From Alphaproteobacteria bacterium (GTDB taxonomy: Bacteria; Pseudomonadota; Alphaproteobacteria; TMED109), in the NCBI GenBank assembly GCA_021296265.1, contig JAGWAT010000014.1, forward strand, positions 1,829-65,828: DNA of 64,000 bases, written 5' to 3'. The translations under genes were made by a program, and so were the position numbers. Shown piece after piece: positions 29,262 to 39,529 of this stretch. The number at the start of each line of letters is the position of its first letter. Within the stretch, counting starts at the first letter, position 1. The notes below the pieces were generated by a model that had not been told where the DNA came from, ran no database searches, and saw only the letters and a list, made by a program, of their open reading frames with translations.

Positions 29262-30428
29262 GTGCCGCACCTGTTCCTGGTCGCGGGCGAGGCGTCGGGG
29301 GACGCCCTCGGTGCGCGACTGATCCGCGCCTTGGCAGCGGAAACCGGGGACAGGCTCCGCCTGGATGGCGTGGGTGGTCCAAGGATGCGCGACGCCGGCT
29401 TGACGCCGCTGTTTCCGGCCGACGACATCGCCCTGATGGGATTTGCCGAGGTCGTGCCAGGTATCCCGCGCGTGCTCCGTCGGCTGCGTACGGTGGAAAC
29501 GACGGTGCGCCGGTTGCGCCCGGACGCGGTAATCACCATCGATGCGCCGGGTTTCAACTTCCGGCTGGGAGCGCGTCTCCGCGGAACTGGGATTCCGCTG
29601 ATTCATTACGTGGCACCAACGGTATGGGCCTGGAAACCGGGCCGTGCCCGCAAAGTCGCCCGTTTCCTGGACCGGATGCTGACCCTGTTTCCGTTCGAAC
29701 CGCCCTATTTCGAGCAGGAGGGCCTGCCGGCTACGTTCGTTGGCCATCCTGTCACCGAAGCACCGTTGCCAACACCGTCCGAGGACCTCCACCGAAAGCG
29801 CGGCATCGACGCGGATGCGCAAGTTCTCTTGGTCCTGCCCGGCAGCCGAGCAGGGGAGGTGCAACGGCTGGCTCCGCTGTTCGCGGCATGTGCGCGAATT
29901 CTCCTGCAGCGTCGGGAGGCCCTCCAGATAGTCATCGGCGTGGCCCCAGGACGCTCGCGGCAAATCGAGGAGGCTTTTGCGGGCCTGTCGGTGGTGCTGG
30001 TCGCGAGCGAATCTGAGAAACAGGAATGGTATGCGGCGGCCGATGTCGCCCTTGTGGCGTCGGGAAGCGTAACCCTTGAACTGGCCCGGCTCCGTACGGC
30101 CATGGTGGTGGCTTACCGAATGACCCCACTCTCCTGGGAAATCGTCCGGCGGATGGTGACGATCGATTACGCGTGTCTTATCAATGTCATGCGCGGGGTC
30201 GAGGTGATACCGGAATTTCTCCAGCAGGCTTGTCGCCCGGATCGGCTGGCCGAGGCGGTTGACTTGCTCCTCCACGATCCGGAGAGGCGCGCCAGTCAGG
30301 TCGCCATTACTTCCGCTGTCATCGGGGAACTCCGGAGCGGTGATCTCCCGCCGAGTCGGCGCGCAGCCCGGACGATCCTTGCTACGCTTGCATCCTTGCG
30401 CGACCCACTGAAGGAGAGTGAGCGTTGA
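29262..30428 (+). CDS. lpxB: lipid-A-disaccharide synthase
   Basis: Track ORF 29220..30428. GTG 29262 lies just after the lpxI stop and gives VPHLFLVAGEASGD, the usual short LpxB N-terminus; ATG 29220 is the alternative. DAPGFN, YVAPTVWAWK and LPGSRAGEV segments. Confidence 0.88.
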   Translation: MPHLFLVAGEASGDALGARLIRALAAETGDRLRLDGVGGPRMRDAGLTPLFPADDIALMGFAEVVPGIPRVLRRLRTVETTVRRLRPDAVITIDAPGFNFRLGARLRGTGIPLIHYVAPTVWAWKPGRARKVARFLDRMLTLFPFEPPYFEQEGLPATFVGHPVTEAPLPTPSEDLHRKRGIDADAQVLLVLPGSRAGEVQRLAPLFAACARILLQRREALQIVIGVAPGRSRQIEEAFAGLSVVLVASESEKQEWYAAADVALVASGSVTLELARLRTAMVVAYRMTPLSWEIVRRMVTIDYACLINVMRGVEVIPEFLQQACRPDRLAEAVDLLLHDPERRASQVAITSAVIGELRSGDLPPSRRAARTILATLASLRDPLKESER

Positions 30429-30832
30429 CTGCAGATGATGCTAATCGATTTCGCATGCTTCATACGATGATTCGGGTGCGAGACCTTGAGCGCTCGCTGG
30501 CCTTTTATACGGGCACGCTGGGCATGGAGGTTCTTCGGAGACAGGACTATCCAAGCGGTCGTTTTACCCTGGCGTTCGTTGGCTACGGCCCCGAAGAGAA
30601 TCACACGGTCCTGGAGCTCACGCACAACTGGGATCAGGACGAAGATTACGTGCAGGGCGATGCATGGGGACACATCGCACTCGGGGTCCCGGACATCTAC
30701 GGAACCTGCGCGCGACTTGAGGCGGACGGAGTGCGCATCCCGCGACCGCCTGGACCCATGCAGCACGGACAGACAGTGATCGCATTCATTGAAGATCCAG
30801 ACGGTTACAAAGTCGAGTTAATCCAGCGCTGA
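30425..30832 (+). CDS. gloA: lactoylglutathione lyase (glyoxalase I)
   Basis: [24 protein letters not shown]...[12 protein letters not shown]...LELTHNW...GHIALGV...[16 protein letters not shown] closely parallels E. coli GloA. TTG 30425 has AAGGAGA 7 nt upstream; ATG 30455 is the alternative start. Confidence 0.88.
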   Translation: MTADDANRFRMLHTMIRVRDLERSLAFYTGTLGMEVLRRQDYPSGRFTLAFVGYGPEENHTVLELTHNWDQDEDYVQGDAWGHIALGVPDIYGTCARLEADGVRIPRPPGPMQHGQTVIAFIEDPDGYKVELIQR

Positions 30833-30929
30833 ATGTCCGGAGGAGGCTTCATTTGCCCCTGTCAGGGGGGCTAGGTACCGTACAGGCATATTCTGGTTTG
30901 CTGATTGCTCGGACCCGAGAGAGAGACCC

Positions 30930-32237
30930 ATGGCCATGGATACGGAACGACGGATGGCGCAACTGACGCTTAGTGACGGCCGGAATTTTCAATTGCCGGA
31001 GCTATCAGGCACGGTTGGCCCCGACGTGGTTGACGTGCGTGCGCTCTATCGGGATGCAGGCGTGTTTACGTACGACCCTGGCTACACCTCGACCGGTTCG
31101 TGCGAATCGAAAATTACGTATATCGACGGCGAGCGCGGTATCTTGCTGCATCGAGGTTACCGCATCGAGGACCTGGCCCAGAACTGTGATTTCCTAGAGG
31201 TCGCATACCTGCTGTTGCGCGGTGAATTGCCGGACGCTGACAGCAACCAGGCATTCGCCTACACCATCAGCCGGCACACGATGCTGCACGAACAGTTGAG
31301 CTACCTCTTTCGGGGGTTCAGGCGCGATGCCCACGCCATGGCGATTTTGTGTGGCGTGGTGGGGGCGTTGTCGGCGTTCTACCATGACAGCACGGACATC
31401 ACCGACCCGCACCAGCGGATGGTCGCTTCTCACCGCCTGATCGCAAAGATCCCGACGATTGCGACGATGGCCTACAAGTACTCGATCGGGCAGCCGTTCA
31501 TTTACCCGCGCAACGATCTCGATTACGCGGAGAACTTCCTGCACATGATGTTTGCCGTGCCGGCCGAAGAGTACGTGATCAACGACGTGCTGGCACGGGC
31601 GATGAACCGCATCCTGATCCTGCATGCCGACCACGAACAGAATGCCTCTACGTCGACCGTCCGGCTGGCAGGGTCGTCCGGCGCGAATCCCTTCGCTTGC
31701 GTCGCGGCGGGAATCGCGTCGTTGTGGGGCCCGGCGCACGGCGGCGCCAACGAGGCAGTGATCAACATGCTTCAGGAAATCGGGGACGTATCACGGGTGA
31801 AAACGTTCATCGACCGCGCCCGTGACCCGGCCGATCCGTTTCGCCTGATGGGCTTTGGGCACCGTGTCTACAAGAACTATGACCCCCGCGCTCGCGTCAT
31901 GCAGTCAACCGCGCACGAAGTGCTCGGTGCGCTGGGGAAAGAGAACGAACCTATGTTTCGGCTGGCCAGGGAGCTGGAGCGCATCGCCCTGGAAGATGAC
32001 TACTTCATCGAGAAGAAGCTGTATCCCAATGTTGACTTCTATTCTGGTATTACCTTGCAAGCAATTGGATTCCCAGCCAATTTATTCACAGTACTGTTTG
32101 CGGTCGCCCGGACCGTCGGCTGGGTCGCCCAGTGGAACGAAATGATCGAGGATCCCGCCCAGCGGATCGGCCGTCCCCGCCAGCTGTACACCGGCGTGGA
32201 CGAGCGCCCGTTTGTCTCGATTGAGGACCGGATCTGA
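30930..32237 (+). CDS. gltA: citrate synthase
   Basis: 435 aa. [41 protein letters not shown]. Confidence 0.93.
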   Translation: MAMDTERRMAQLTLSDGRNFQLPELSGTVGPDVVDVRALYRDAGVFTYDPGYTSTGSCESKITYIDGERGILLHRGYRIEDLAQNCDFLEVAYLLLRGELPDADSNQAFAYTISRHTMLHEQLSYLFRGFRRDAHAMAILCGVVGALSAFYHDSTDITDPHQRMVASHRLIAKIPTIATMAYKYSIGQPFIYPRNDLDYAENFLHMMFAVPAEEYVINDVLARAMNRILILHADHEQNASTSTVRLAGSSGANPFACVAAGIASLWGPAHGGANEAVINMLQEIGDVSRVKTFIDRARDPADPFRLMGFGHRVYKNYDPRARVMQSTAHEVLGALGKENEPMFRLARELERIALEDDYFIEKKLYPNVDFYSGITLQAIGFPANLFTVLFAVARTVGWVAQWNEMIEDPAQRIGRPRQLYTGVDERPFVSIEDRI

Positions 32238-32395
32238 ACCGGACGACGGACCCGAAAAGGGCCGTGCAAGCTTGCTGAATCGAGCATCGGCAACTACAAT
32301 CAACGAAACCGGGGCCTGTCGTTGCGCGTTTGCCGGTTCGCTACTTCAGCGAGCCGCATCGCGGGTGGTCCCCTTTGTATTCCTGAGGAGGGATT

Positions 32396-32857
32396 ATGGC
32401 TGTTCTTAACATCAACGGCGTGTCGCACGTCGTCGATGCACCGGGGGACACCAAACTTCTGTGGGTAGTTCGCGAACATCTGCGGCTTACCGGCACGAAG
32501 TTTGGCTGCGGCATTGGCCTCTGTGGGGCCTGTACGGTTCACCTGAATGGTGAAGCCGTGCGGTCCTGCCAGCTGCAGTTGTCGGACGCCGAAGGTGCCA
32601 CGATCACTACGATTGAAGGCCTCGACCCGAAGGGTCAGCATCCGGTGCAGAAGGCGTGGCTGGAGTTGCAGATTCCCCAGTGCGGGTACTGCCAGTCCGG
32701 GCAGATGATGAATGCTGCTGCGTTCCTTGAGTCCAACTCGAGCCCGAGTGACGCAGAGATTCTCGACGCCATGCAAGGCAACATCTGCCGCTGCTCAACG
32801 TACGCTCGGATCAAGCAGGGTGTCCGTCGGGCCGCCCAGATGATGCAGGAGGCGTGA
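32396..32857 (+). CDS. (2Fe-2S)-binding small subunit of an IorAB/aldehyde-oxidase-type molybdo-hydroxylase
   Basis: 153 aa with GAGGAGG Shine-Dalgarno. Plant-type cluster GCGIGLCGACTV and second cluster QCGYCQSGQ...NICRCSTY. Confidence 0.88.
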   Translation: MAVLNINGVSHVVDAPGDTKLLWVVREHLRLTGTKFGCGIGLCGACTVHLNGEAVRSCQLQLSDAEGATITTIEGLDPKGQHPVQKAWLELQIPQCGYCQSGQMMNAAAFLESNSSPSDAEILDAMQGNICRCSTYARIKQGVRRAAQMMQEA

Positions 32858-35151
32858 CCATGACCAAGCACATGAAAGACTTGGGTGGCGCAACGCGCCG
32901 TGACGTTCTGGTCGGCTCCGCTGTAGCCGGTACCGGATTGGTGGTCGGTTACTCGGTCCTGCCGCACGTGACCGGTGGCGCCCGTGAGGCGCTGGCGGCC
33001 GGCAATTTCGAGCCGAGCCTGTTCCTCACGATGGAGCCGAGCGGGATCGCGACTGTCCACATCACGAAGACCGAGATGGGGCAGCACGTCGGCACCGCGC
33101 TGGCACAGGCCGTTGCCGAAGAGCTTGAAATCGACTGGAACGACGTCCGCGTTGATTATCCGGACAGCCACGAGAAGTGGGGCCTGATGATCACCGGTGG
33201 ATCGTGGTCGGTGAACTGGACCTTCGACCGCAACTCCCGGATCGGTGCGGCTGCCCGCATGGCTCTGGTGGAAGCGGGCGCCAACATGCTTGGCGTTCCG
33301 GCCAATGAGTGCTCCGCTGCCAACAGCACGGTCACCCACACCAGCACCGGACAGTCGGCAACGTATTCGGAAATCATCAGTGCAGGCCCGATCGACCGGA
33401 CCTTCAGCGAAGATGAAATGAAGGCGATCGAACTGAAGAAGTTCGGCGAGTACAAGCTCGTCGGCACCTCGGTTCCCGCTCTCGACATCCCGGCGAAGAT
33501 CAACGGTACCGCTCGGTACGGCATCGATGTGTTCGTTCCGAACATGGTGTACGGGCGAATCGTCACTTGGCCCACCCGTTGGGGTGCGATGCCGAAGTCG
33601 GTCGACGACTCGGCTGCCAGTGGCATCGACGGCTACATCAAGACCGAAATCATCGAGGACCCGACCGGCGTCCAGCGCGGTTACGCGATCGTGCTTGCCG
33701 AGAGCATCTGGGCGGCCGAAAAGGCTGCGGATGCTGTCTCGGTCGATTGGGACCTGGGCCCGAACGCCAGCGTCAGCACCGCTGACATTCTTGGTTACGC
33801 CAAGAAGGCGACTGCCGACGGCGAAGGTTTCGCCTGGGTGATCGACGGCGACACGGATGCCGGCATGAGTAATGCCGCGACCGTGGTCGAGGCCGAGTAC
33901 GAAACCAGCATCGGCTACCACGGCATGATGGAGCCGATGAACTGCGTTGCCATGGAGCAGGATGGGGTCTGGCACCTCTTCACTGCGTGCCAGTGGTCCA
34001 CGCGCTGCACGGCGATGACGGCTGAGGCGCTCGGTGTTGAGCCCGCCAATGTCGTTCACCACCAGCAGTACGCGGGTACCGGGTTCGGCCGCCGGCTCGA
34101 ACCGGACGCAATGATTCCTGCAGCGCTGGCCGCGAAAGCAGCCGGCCGTCCTGTGAAGCTTGTTTACACCCGTGAACAGGACGTGATGTTCGACTTCCAC
34201 CAGTCGCTGACCTACCAGACCGTTAAAGGTGGGATCAATGTGGCCGGTGACCTCGACACCATGGTCCACACGGTGTGTTCGGCTTGGGCAACCAAGCGAC
34301 AGGCTCCAGGATTCCTCGCGGAGTCAGTCGACAAGAAGGGCAAGATCGACCCGTTTTCGACGAACGGCTCGGACCACTGGTACAACGTTCCGAACCAGTA
34401 CGTCCGGTCCATCGAAAACTTGGTCGGCCAAAGTGCCACGCCTCCGGGACAGCTGCGCGCAGTTGCGCCGACTTGGACGATGTGGGCTGTGGAGTCATTC
34501 CTCGACGAAGCGGCACACGCGGTCGGACGTGATCCGCTTGAGTTCCGGACATCGCTCCTGAAGGCGGTCGGCAAGAACGTCGGTACACCGCCGAATACGG
34601 TCGGTGGGGCTGAGCGCTTGCGGAATGCTCTGTTGGTGGCGGCTGGACGTGCTGGCTACGGTGTGAAGCCGCTGCCCGCGAACACCGCGCAGGGTATTGC
34701 CAGCGTCACGTCACAGGAACGTGGTTCCCCGACGTGGACGGCCTGTGTCGCAGAAGTGCATGTCGACCCCGAATCCGGGGAGCCGACTGTCAACAAGCTC
34801 ACCGTCGCGATGGATGTGGGCACGGCAGTCAATCCGGACGGTGTGTTGGCACAAATCCAGGGCTCGGCCATTTACGGCACGTCGCGAGTTCTCTACGAGA
34901 ACATCACGATGAAGGACGGTTCGATTGAACAGTCGAACTTTGACACCTGGACGCCAATGCGGATCAACCAGGCGCCCGAAATCGACGTGAACATCATCCA
35001 GAACGGCCACTACCCGGCCGGGACGGGTGAACCCGTCGTGACGGTCGTCGGGCCAGCCATTGCCAATGCCATCCAGGCAGCTGTTGGTGCGCGGGTACGC
35101 TCGTGGCCGATCACTGCGGAGAAGATCAAGGCGGCAATGCAGGAAGCCTGA
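32854..35151 (+). CDS. molybdopterin-binding large subunit (IorB / xanthine dehydrogenase family), Tat-exported
   Basis: 765 aa, overlapping the small-subunit stop. N-terminal twin-arginine-like signal (GGATRRDVLVGSAVAGTGLVVG). Aldehyde oxidase/xanthine dehydrogenase-type body (GGSWSV, GTGFGRR, GEP...V). No cytochrome c subunit gene follows. Confidence 0.85.
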   Translation: MTMTKHMKDLGGATRRDVLVGSAVAGTGLVVGYSVLPHVTGGAREALAAGNFEPSLFLTMEPSGIATVHITKTEMGQHVGTALAQAVAEELEIDWNDVRVDYPDSHEKWGLMITGGSWSVNWTFDRNSRIGAAARMALVEAGANMLGVPANECSAANSTVTHTSTGQSATYSEIISAGPIDRTFSEDEMKAIELKKFGEYKLVGTSVPALDIPAKINGTARYGIDVFVPNMVYGRIVTWPTRWGAMPKSVDDSAASGIDGYIKTEIIEDPTGVQRGYAIVLAESIWAAEKAADAVSVDWDLGPNASVSTADILGYAKKATADGEGFAWVIDGDTDAGMSNAATVVEAEYETSIGYHGMMEPMNCVAMEQDGVWHLFTACQWSTRCTAMTAEALGVEPANVVHHQQYAGTGFGRRLEPDAMIPAALAAKAAGRPVKLVYTREQDVMFDFHQSLTYQTVKGGINVAGDLDTMVHTVCSAWATKRQAPGFLAESVDKKGKIDPFSTNGSDHWYNVPNQYVRSIENLVGQSATPPGQLRAVAPTWTMWAVESFLDEAAHAVGRDPLEFRTSLLKAVGKNVGTPPNTVGGAERLRNALLVAAGRAGYGVKPLPANTAQGIASVTSQERGSPTWTACVAEVHVDPESGEPTVNKLTVAMDVGTAVNPDGVLAQIQGSAIYGTSRVLYENITMKDGSIEQSNFDTWTPMRINQAPEIDVNIIQNGHYPAGTGEPVVTVVGPAIANAIQAAVGARVRSWPITAEKIKAAMQEA

Positions 35152-35173
35152 TCCAGGTTCTCTAGACACTGCC

Positions 35174-35207
35174 GGGGCGGCGGTCACCTGACCGCCGCCC
35201 CTTTTTT
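35174..35207 (+). terminator. rho-independent terminator after the IorAB-type genes
   Basis: Perfect 12-bp GC-rich stem GGGGCGGCGGTC / GACCGCCGCCCC with a 4-nt loop ACCT, followed by TTTTTT (35202-35207). It lies 23 nt after the stop codon. Confidence 0.85.
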
Positions 35208-35687
35208 GTGCACAAAGAGCGCTGTTACGCATTGCCGCCCAGAAGCGGGCAAGCTGCCCCGCACGTCTGCCAGCTTGGCCTGGTCCCACTTCCGCGATCT
35301 GTTCCGCCTATCGGTGCCCGTGCCACGCCAGTAAGTTTTTCCACGCCCGCAATCCGACCCTGTGCCACCGCCCAACAAATGCGCGTCCCCAAGTCGCGGC
35401 CGCGTGTACGGAGGCAATAACGCGCATACTTGAATGATCCCGGGGTGCAGCAGTACCGATTGTCGCCATGTCCAAAATTGCGCACGAAGTTAATCGCTTA
35501 CTCAACCAATTTAGATTCCAATGTAGCCATCGGGCATCAGATTCCTCCTCCGGACCGATCTGCGGAAGAGCGCATCCCGCGGGCGCTCTGGGATTTCGCT
35601 GTTCCTGCGTCTGCTGTTCTCGACGATGGCCGCGCAATTGTGGGTTGGTACGGCTATGCTTCTCGGGTGGTAACGAAGGAGGAGCGT

Positions 35688-35897
35688 ATGCCACTGCATT
35701 CGACCGATTCCGGGCAAAAGACTCGGCGGCGCGGCCTCAGTCGCCGCACCCTCTTTGCCGCTGCCGGTGCCACAGGCGCCGCTGGGCTGGCTGTTCGCCC
35801 CTCAGCCGCCGTCACGTCGCCAAAGCGCTCCAAACCAAGTGCCGGTTACCGCGAGACTGAGCACGTCCGCACGGTCTACCGGCTAGCGCGCTTCTAG
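35688..35897 (+). CDS. small twin-arginine signal protein of formate dehydrogenase loci ('formate dehydrogenase region TAT target')
   Basis: Internal ATG of track ORF 35430..35897, preceded by GAAGGAGGAG. 69 aa. TRRRGLSRRTLFAAAGATGAAGLAV Tat signal, then a short basic tail. Lies immediately upstream of the FDH alpha subunit. Confidence 0.7.
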   Translation: MPLHSTDSGQKTRRRGLSRRTLFAAAGATGAAGLAVRPSAAVTSPKRSKPSAGYRETEHVRTVYRLARF

Positions 35898-35928
35898 CGT
35901 TCTCTTCGGGCTTACTGCAGGTGTCCTG

Positions 35929-38751
35929 ATGTCTTCTCGACCATCCATCGCTGGCACCGCGCTTGATCGCCGGGCCTTTCTTCGCAACTCAGGCATTGTT
36001 GCTGCTGGTTCCGCCCTAGCCGGACTTGTACCGGGAGGGCGGATCGAAGCAGCTGATTCCGCCCCTGCCGGCGGCGGTGACGTCCAAAACGTCCTGTCGG
36101 TGTGTACGCACTGTTCCGTGGGCTGCGCGGTCACGGCCGAAGTACAGGACGGGGTATGGATTGGCCAGGAACCCAGTTTTGATAGCCCCTTTAATTTAGG
36201 AGCGCATTGCGCCAAGGGTGCATCAGTGCGGGAGCACGCGCACGGAGAGCGTCGTCTCAGGTACCCGATGAAACTAGTGGGAGGCCGCTGGGAGCGCCTA
36301 AGTTGGGATCAGGCGATCGATGAGCTCGGCGCTGAGCTCGAACGTATCCGGACGACGGCGGGGCCTGACTCAGTGTATTGGCTTGGTTCCGCCAAGCACA
36401 ATAACGAACAGGCCTATCTCTTCAGAAAATTCGCCGCGTTCTGGGGTTCCAACAACGTCGACCATCAAGCGCGAATCTGTCATTCCACCACGGTTGCAGG
36501 TGTAGCCAACACCTGGGGCTACGGTGCAATGACCAACAGTTACAATGATATCCACAACTCCAAATCGATTTTCCTGATTGGCGGGAACCCTGCTGAAGCA
36601 CATCCTGTTTCCATGGTGCATCTGCTGAAAGCCAAGGAAAAGGGCGCTCCGTTCATTGTCGTAGACCCGCGCTTCACGCGCACTGCGGCGCACGCTGACG
36701 AGTATGTGCGCATTCGCCCCGGGTCTGACGTGGCACTGGTTTGGGGAATGCTCTGGCACGTGTTCGAGAACGGCTGGGAAGATCAGGCGTTCATCCAATC
36801 ACGTGTGTGGGGACTCGACCAGATTCGTAAAGAGGTGGCGCGCTGGACACCTAAGGAAACCGAGCGTGTAACCGGAGTGCCGGGCGAGCAGGTCCGAAAA
36901 ATCACCCAAACAATGGCCGACAACCGGCCGGGAACGGTCATCTGGTGCATGGGCGGGACGCAGCACACAACCGGGAATAACAACACCCGTGCCTACTGCA
37001 TCCTGCAGCTGGCCCTTGGCAATATGGGCAAGGCCGGAGGCGGCACCAACATCTTCCGTGGCCACGACAATGTCCAGGGTGCGACGGACCTTGGGGTGCT
37101 GAGCCACACGTTGCCCGGCTACTACGGTCTCTCTGAGGGAGCATGGAGACATTGGGCCCGGGTTTGGGGAGTCACGTACGAGACACTCGCGGCACGGTTC
37201 GCTTCTTCGAATTTAATGCAATCGAAGGGGATTCCGGTGTCTCGTTGGGTGGACGGCGTCCTCGAGGACAACGAAAACCTGGATCAGCCGGAATCGCTCA
37301 AAGCGATGATTTTCTGGGGCCATGCGCCGAATTCACAAACTCGGCTCCCGGACATGCGCAAGGCGATGAATAAGCTTGACCTGCTGGTGGTGGTGGACCC
37401 GTACCCCACGCTAACTGCCGTTCTGCACGAACGCCAGGACGGCGTCTACCTACTGCCCGCGGCTACGCAGTTCGAGACTTACGGCTCGGTGACCGCTTCC
37501 AACCGGTCACTGCAGTGGCGCGAACGCGTCGTCGAGCCGCTATTCGAAGCAAAACCCGACCACGAGATCCTGTACCGTCTTGCCGACCGGCTGGACATTG
37601 CCGGGCCGTTATTCCACAACATCGAAGTGCGGGATAACGAGCCGGTGATCGAGGACATCACGCGGGAATTCAACCGTGGCATGTGGACGATCGGGTACAC
37701 CGGCCAGACACCGGAGCGGCTTCGCAAGCACATGGCGAACATGGCTACCTTTGACCGCACGACGCTCAAGGCGGAAGGCGGCCCATGCGACGGTGAATAC
37801 TACGGACTGCCATGGCCGTGTTGGGGGGATGAGAAACTTGCCCATCCGGGGACACCCATCCTCTATGACACCTCACAGGCGGTTGCTGACGGCGGGCTTA
37901 CCTTCAGGGCTCGTTTCGGAATTCTCAGGGAGGGTGAGAATCTGCTTGCAGACGGCTCTTTCAGCAAAGGTTCTGAGATCGAAGACGGCTATCCTGAATT
38001 TACAATGGCGATGCTCAAGAGGCTTGGCTGGGACAACGACCTGAGCGAGCAGGAGCGGTCCGTGATCGAGGCAATTGCCGGCGACAAGACGAACTGGAAG
38101 ACAGATCTGTCTGGCGGCATCCAGCGGGTGGCGATCATGCACGGGTGTGCACCGTTCGGAAATGCGAAGGCGCGGACTGTCGTCTGGAATTTCCCGGACC
38201 CGGTTCCCCTGCACCGCGAACCGCTCTATACGACCCGCCGCGATCTCGTATCCGACTATCCAACCTATGAGGACACCCGCGGATATCGGGTGCCGGTCCT
38301 GTATCGCTCCATCCAGGAGCGCGATTACTCGAAGGACTACCCGATCATTCTGACGACAGGGCGTCTCGTGGAGTACGAAGGCGGCGGCGACGAGAGCCGG
38401 TCCAATCCGTGGCTTGCGGAGCTTCAGCAGGAAATGTTCTGCGAGGTGCATCCGCGGGATGCGAACAATGCCGGCTTCCAGGACGGCGATGACATTTGGG
38501 TCGAGGGGCCAGAGGGCGGGCGCGTACTCGTCAAGGCACTGGTGACCCGCCGGGTCGACCCGGGGGTGGCGTTCATGCCGTTCCACTTCGGTGGCCGGTT
38601 CATGGGGCAGGATCTCCGTGACCGCTACCCGGAAGGGGCCGACCCGTACGTCCTCGGCGAATCATCAAATACCGTCGGTACTTACGGCTATGATTCCGTG
38701 ACCCAGATGCAAGAGAGCAAAGTCACGCTCTGCCGCATCTCAGCGGCCTGA
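35929..38751 (+). CDS. formate dehydrogenase major (alpha) subunit, periplasmic, cysteine-type
   Basis: 940 aa. Tat signal LDRRAFLRNSGIVAAGSALAG. N-terminal 4Fe-4S motif CTHCSVGC...C. Active-site segment HQARICHSTTVAG with TGT (Cys) at 36478-36480. MGD-binding domains throughout. Confidence 0.9.
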   Translation: MSSRPSIAGTALDRRAFLRNSGIVAAGSALAGLVPGGRIEAADSAPAGGGDVQNVLSVCTHCSVGCAVTAEVQDGVWIGQEPSFDSPFNLGAHCAKGASVREHAHGERRLRYPMKLVGGRWERLSWDQAIDELGAELERIRTTAGPDSVYWLGSAKHNNEQAYLFRKFAAFWGSNNVDHQARICHSTTVAGVANTWGYGAMTNSYNDIHNSKSIFLIGGNPAEAHPVSMVHLLKAKEKGAPFIVVDPRFTRTAAHADEYVRIRPGSDVALVWGMLWHVFENGWEDQAFIQSRVWGLDQIRKEVARWTPKETERVTGVPGEQVRKITQTMADNRPGTVIWCMGGTQHTTGNNNTRAYCILQLALGNMGKAGGGTNIFRGHDNVQGATDLGVLSHTLPGYYGLSEGAWRHWARVWGVTYETLAARFASSNLMQSKGIPVSRWVDGVLEDNENLDQPESLKAMIFWGHAPNSQTRLPDMRKAMNKLDLLVVVDPYPTLTAVLHERQDGVYLLPAATQFETYGSVTASNRSLQWRERVVEPLFEAKPDHEILYRLADRLDIAGPLFHNIEVRDNEPVIEDITREFNRGMWTIGYTGQTPERLRKHMANMATFDRTTLKAEGGPCDGEYYGLPWPCWGDEKLAHPGTPILYDTSQAVADGGLTFRARFGILREGENLLADGSFSKGSEIEDGYPEFTMAMLKRLGWDNDLSEQERSVIEAIAGDKTNWKTDLSGGIQRVAIMHGCAPFGNAKARTVVWNFPDPVPLHREPLYTTRRDLVSDYPTYEDTRGYRVPVLYRSIQERDYSKDYPIILTTGRLVEYEGGGDESRSNPWLAELQQEMFCEVHPRDANNAGFQDGDDIWVEGPEGGRVLVKALVTRRVDPGVAFMPFHFGGRFMGQDLRDRYPEGADPYVLGESSNTVGTYGYDSVTQMQESKVTLCRISAA

Positions 38752-38765
38752 GGAGGACCGCCACA

Positions 38766-39356
38766 ATGGCCCGCATGAAGTTCCTTTGTGACGCGGACCG
38801 TTGCATTGAATGCAACGCATGTGTCACGGCCTGCAAGAACGAGCATGAAGTACCTTGGGGCGTCAATCGGCGGCGCGTTGTCACGATTAATGACGGGCAA
38901 CCGGGCGAACGCTCCATCTCGACCGCCTGCATGCACTGCTCCGATGCACCTTGCATGGCCGTATGTCCGGTCGACTGTTTTTACCAAACCGATGAGGGTG
39001 TCGTACTGCACGACAAGGATCTCTGCATCGGCTGCGGGTACTGCTTCTATGCCTGCCCGTTCGGTGCCCCCCAGTATCCGCAAGCTGGGAACTTTGGCGG
39101 ACGGGGCAAGATGGACAAGTGCACGTTTTGCGCCGGCGGCCCGAAGGAAGACGGTTCCGAGGAAGAGTTTGCCCTTTACGGCAGAAACCGCCTCGCAGAG
39201 GGAAAACTTCCTCTTTGCGCTGAGATGTGTTCGACCAAGTCGCTGCTAGCCGGAGACGCAGACACTGTGTCGGACATCTATCGGGAACGTGTAACAGCAC
39301 GCGGTTTTGGTGGTGGGGTCTGGGGATGGAACACGGCATACGGTTCCGATACCTGA
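38766..39356 (+). CDS. formate dehydrogenase iron-sulfur (beta) subunit
   Basis: 196 aa with GAGGAGG Shine-Dalgarno. Multiple ferredoxin motifs: CIECNACVTAC, CMHCSDAPCMAVCP, CIGCGYCFYACP, CTFC. Confidence 0.88.
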   Translation: MARMKFLCDADRCIECNACVTACKNEHEVPWGVNRRRVVTINDGQPGERSISTACMHCSDAPCMAVCPVDCFYQTDEGVVLHDKDLCIGCGYCFYACPFGAPQYPQAGNFGGRGKMDKCTFCAGGPKEDGSEEEFALYGRNRLAEGKLPLCAEMCSTKSLLAGDADTVSDIYRERVTARGFGGGVWGWNTAYGSDT

Positions 39357-39523
39357 GCACGTTCTGTTTCATCGCGATGGTCGCCCTCGGCGGCTGTCGC
39401 GAAAGCGAACAGGGGCGCCGGCTAGACACCGGCAAAGGCGTCTACGCGGGCGCGCCTGACCAGCAGTTGAGCGCGGAAACCCGTGACGCGTTGATGCTCC
39501 GCGCTGAATACCAACGGTTCTGA
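39326..39523 (+). CDS. small putative lipoprotein between FDH beta and gamma genes
   Basis: Internal ATG of track ORF 39227..39523. MEHGIRFRYLSTFCFIAMVALGGC has a basic n-region, a hydrophobic core and an LGGC lipobox; the mature part is about 41 aa. Overlaps the beta-subunit 3' end by 31 nt. No homology that I can name. Confidence 0.4.
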   Translation: MEHGIRFRYLSTFCFIAMVALGGCRESEQGRRLDTGKGVYAGAPDQQLSAETRDALMLRAEYQRF

Positions 39524-39529
39524 TCGGCC

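Noticed and set aside
35208-35694. ORFs 35208..35420 (+), 35225..35485 (-) and 35308..35694 (-) in the FDH leader
   Set aside because: They are mutually overlapping and Arg/Pro/Cys/Trp-rich, with no Shine-Dalgarno and no motif. The region is treated as non-coding.
36478-36480. Selenocysteine recoding in the formate dehydrogenase alpha subunit
   Set aside because: The codon at the Sec-equivalent position is TGT (Cys) and the 940-codon ORF has no internal TGA. This is a Cys-type enzyme.
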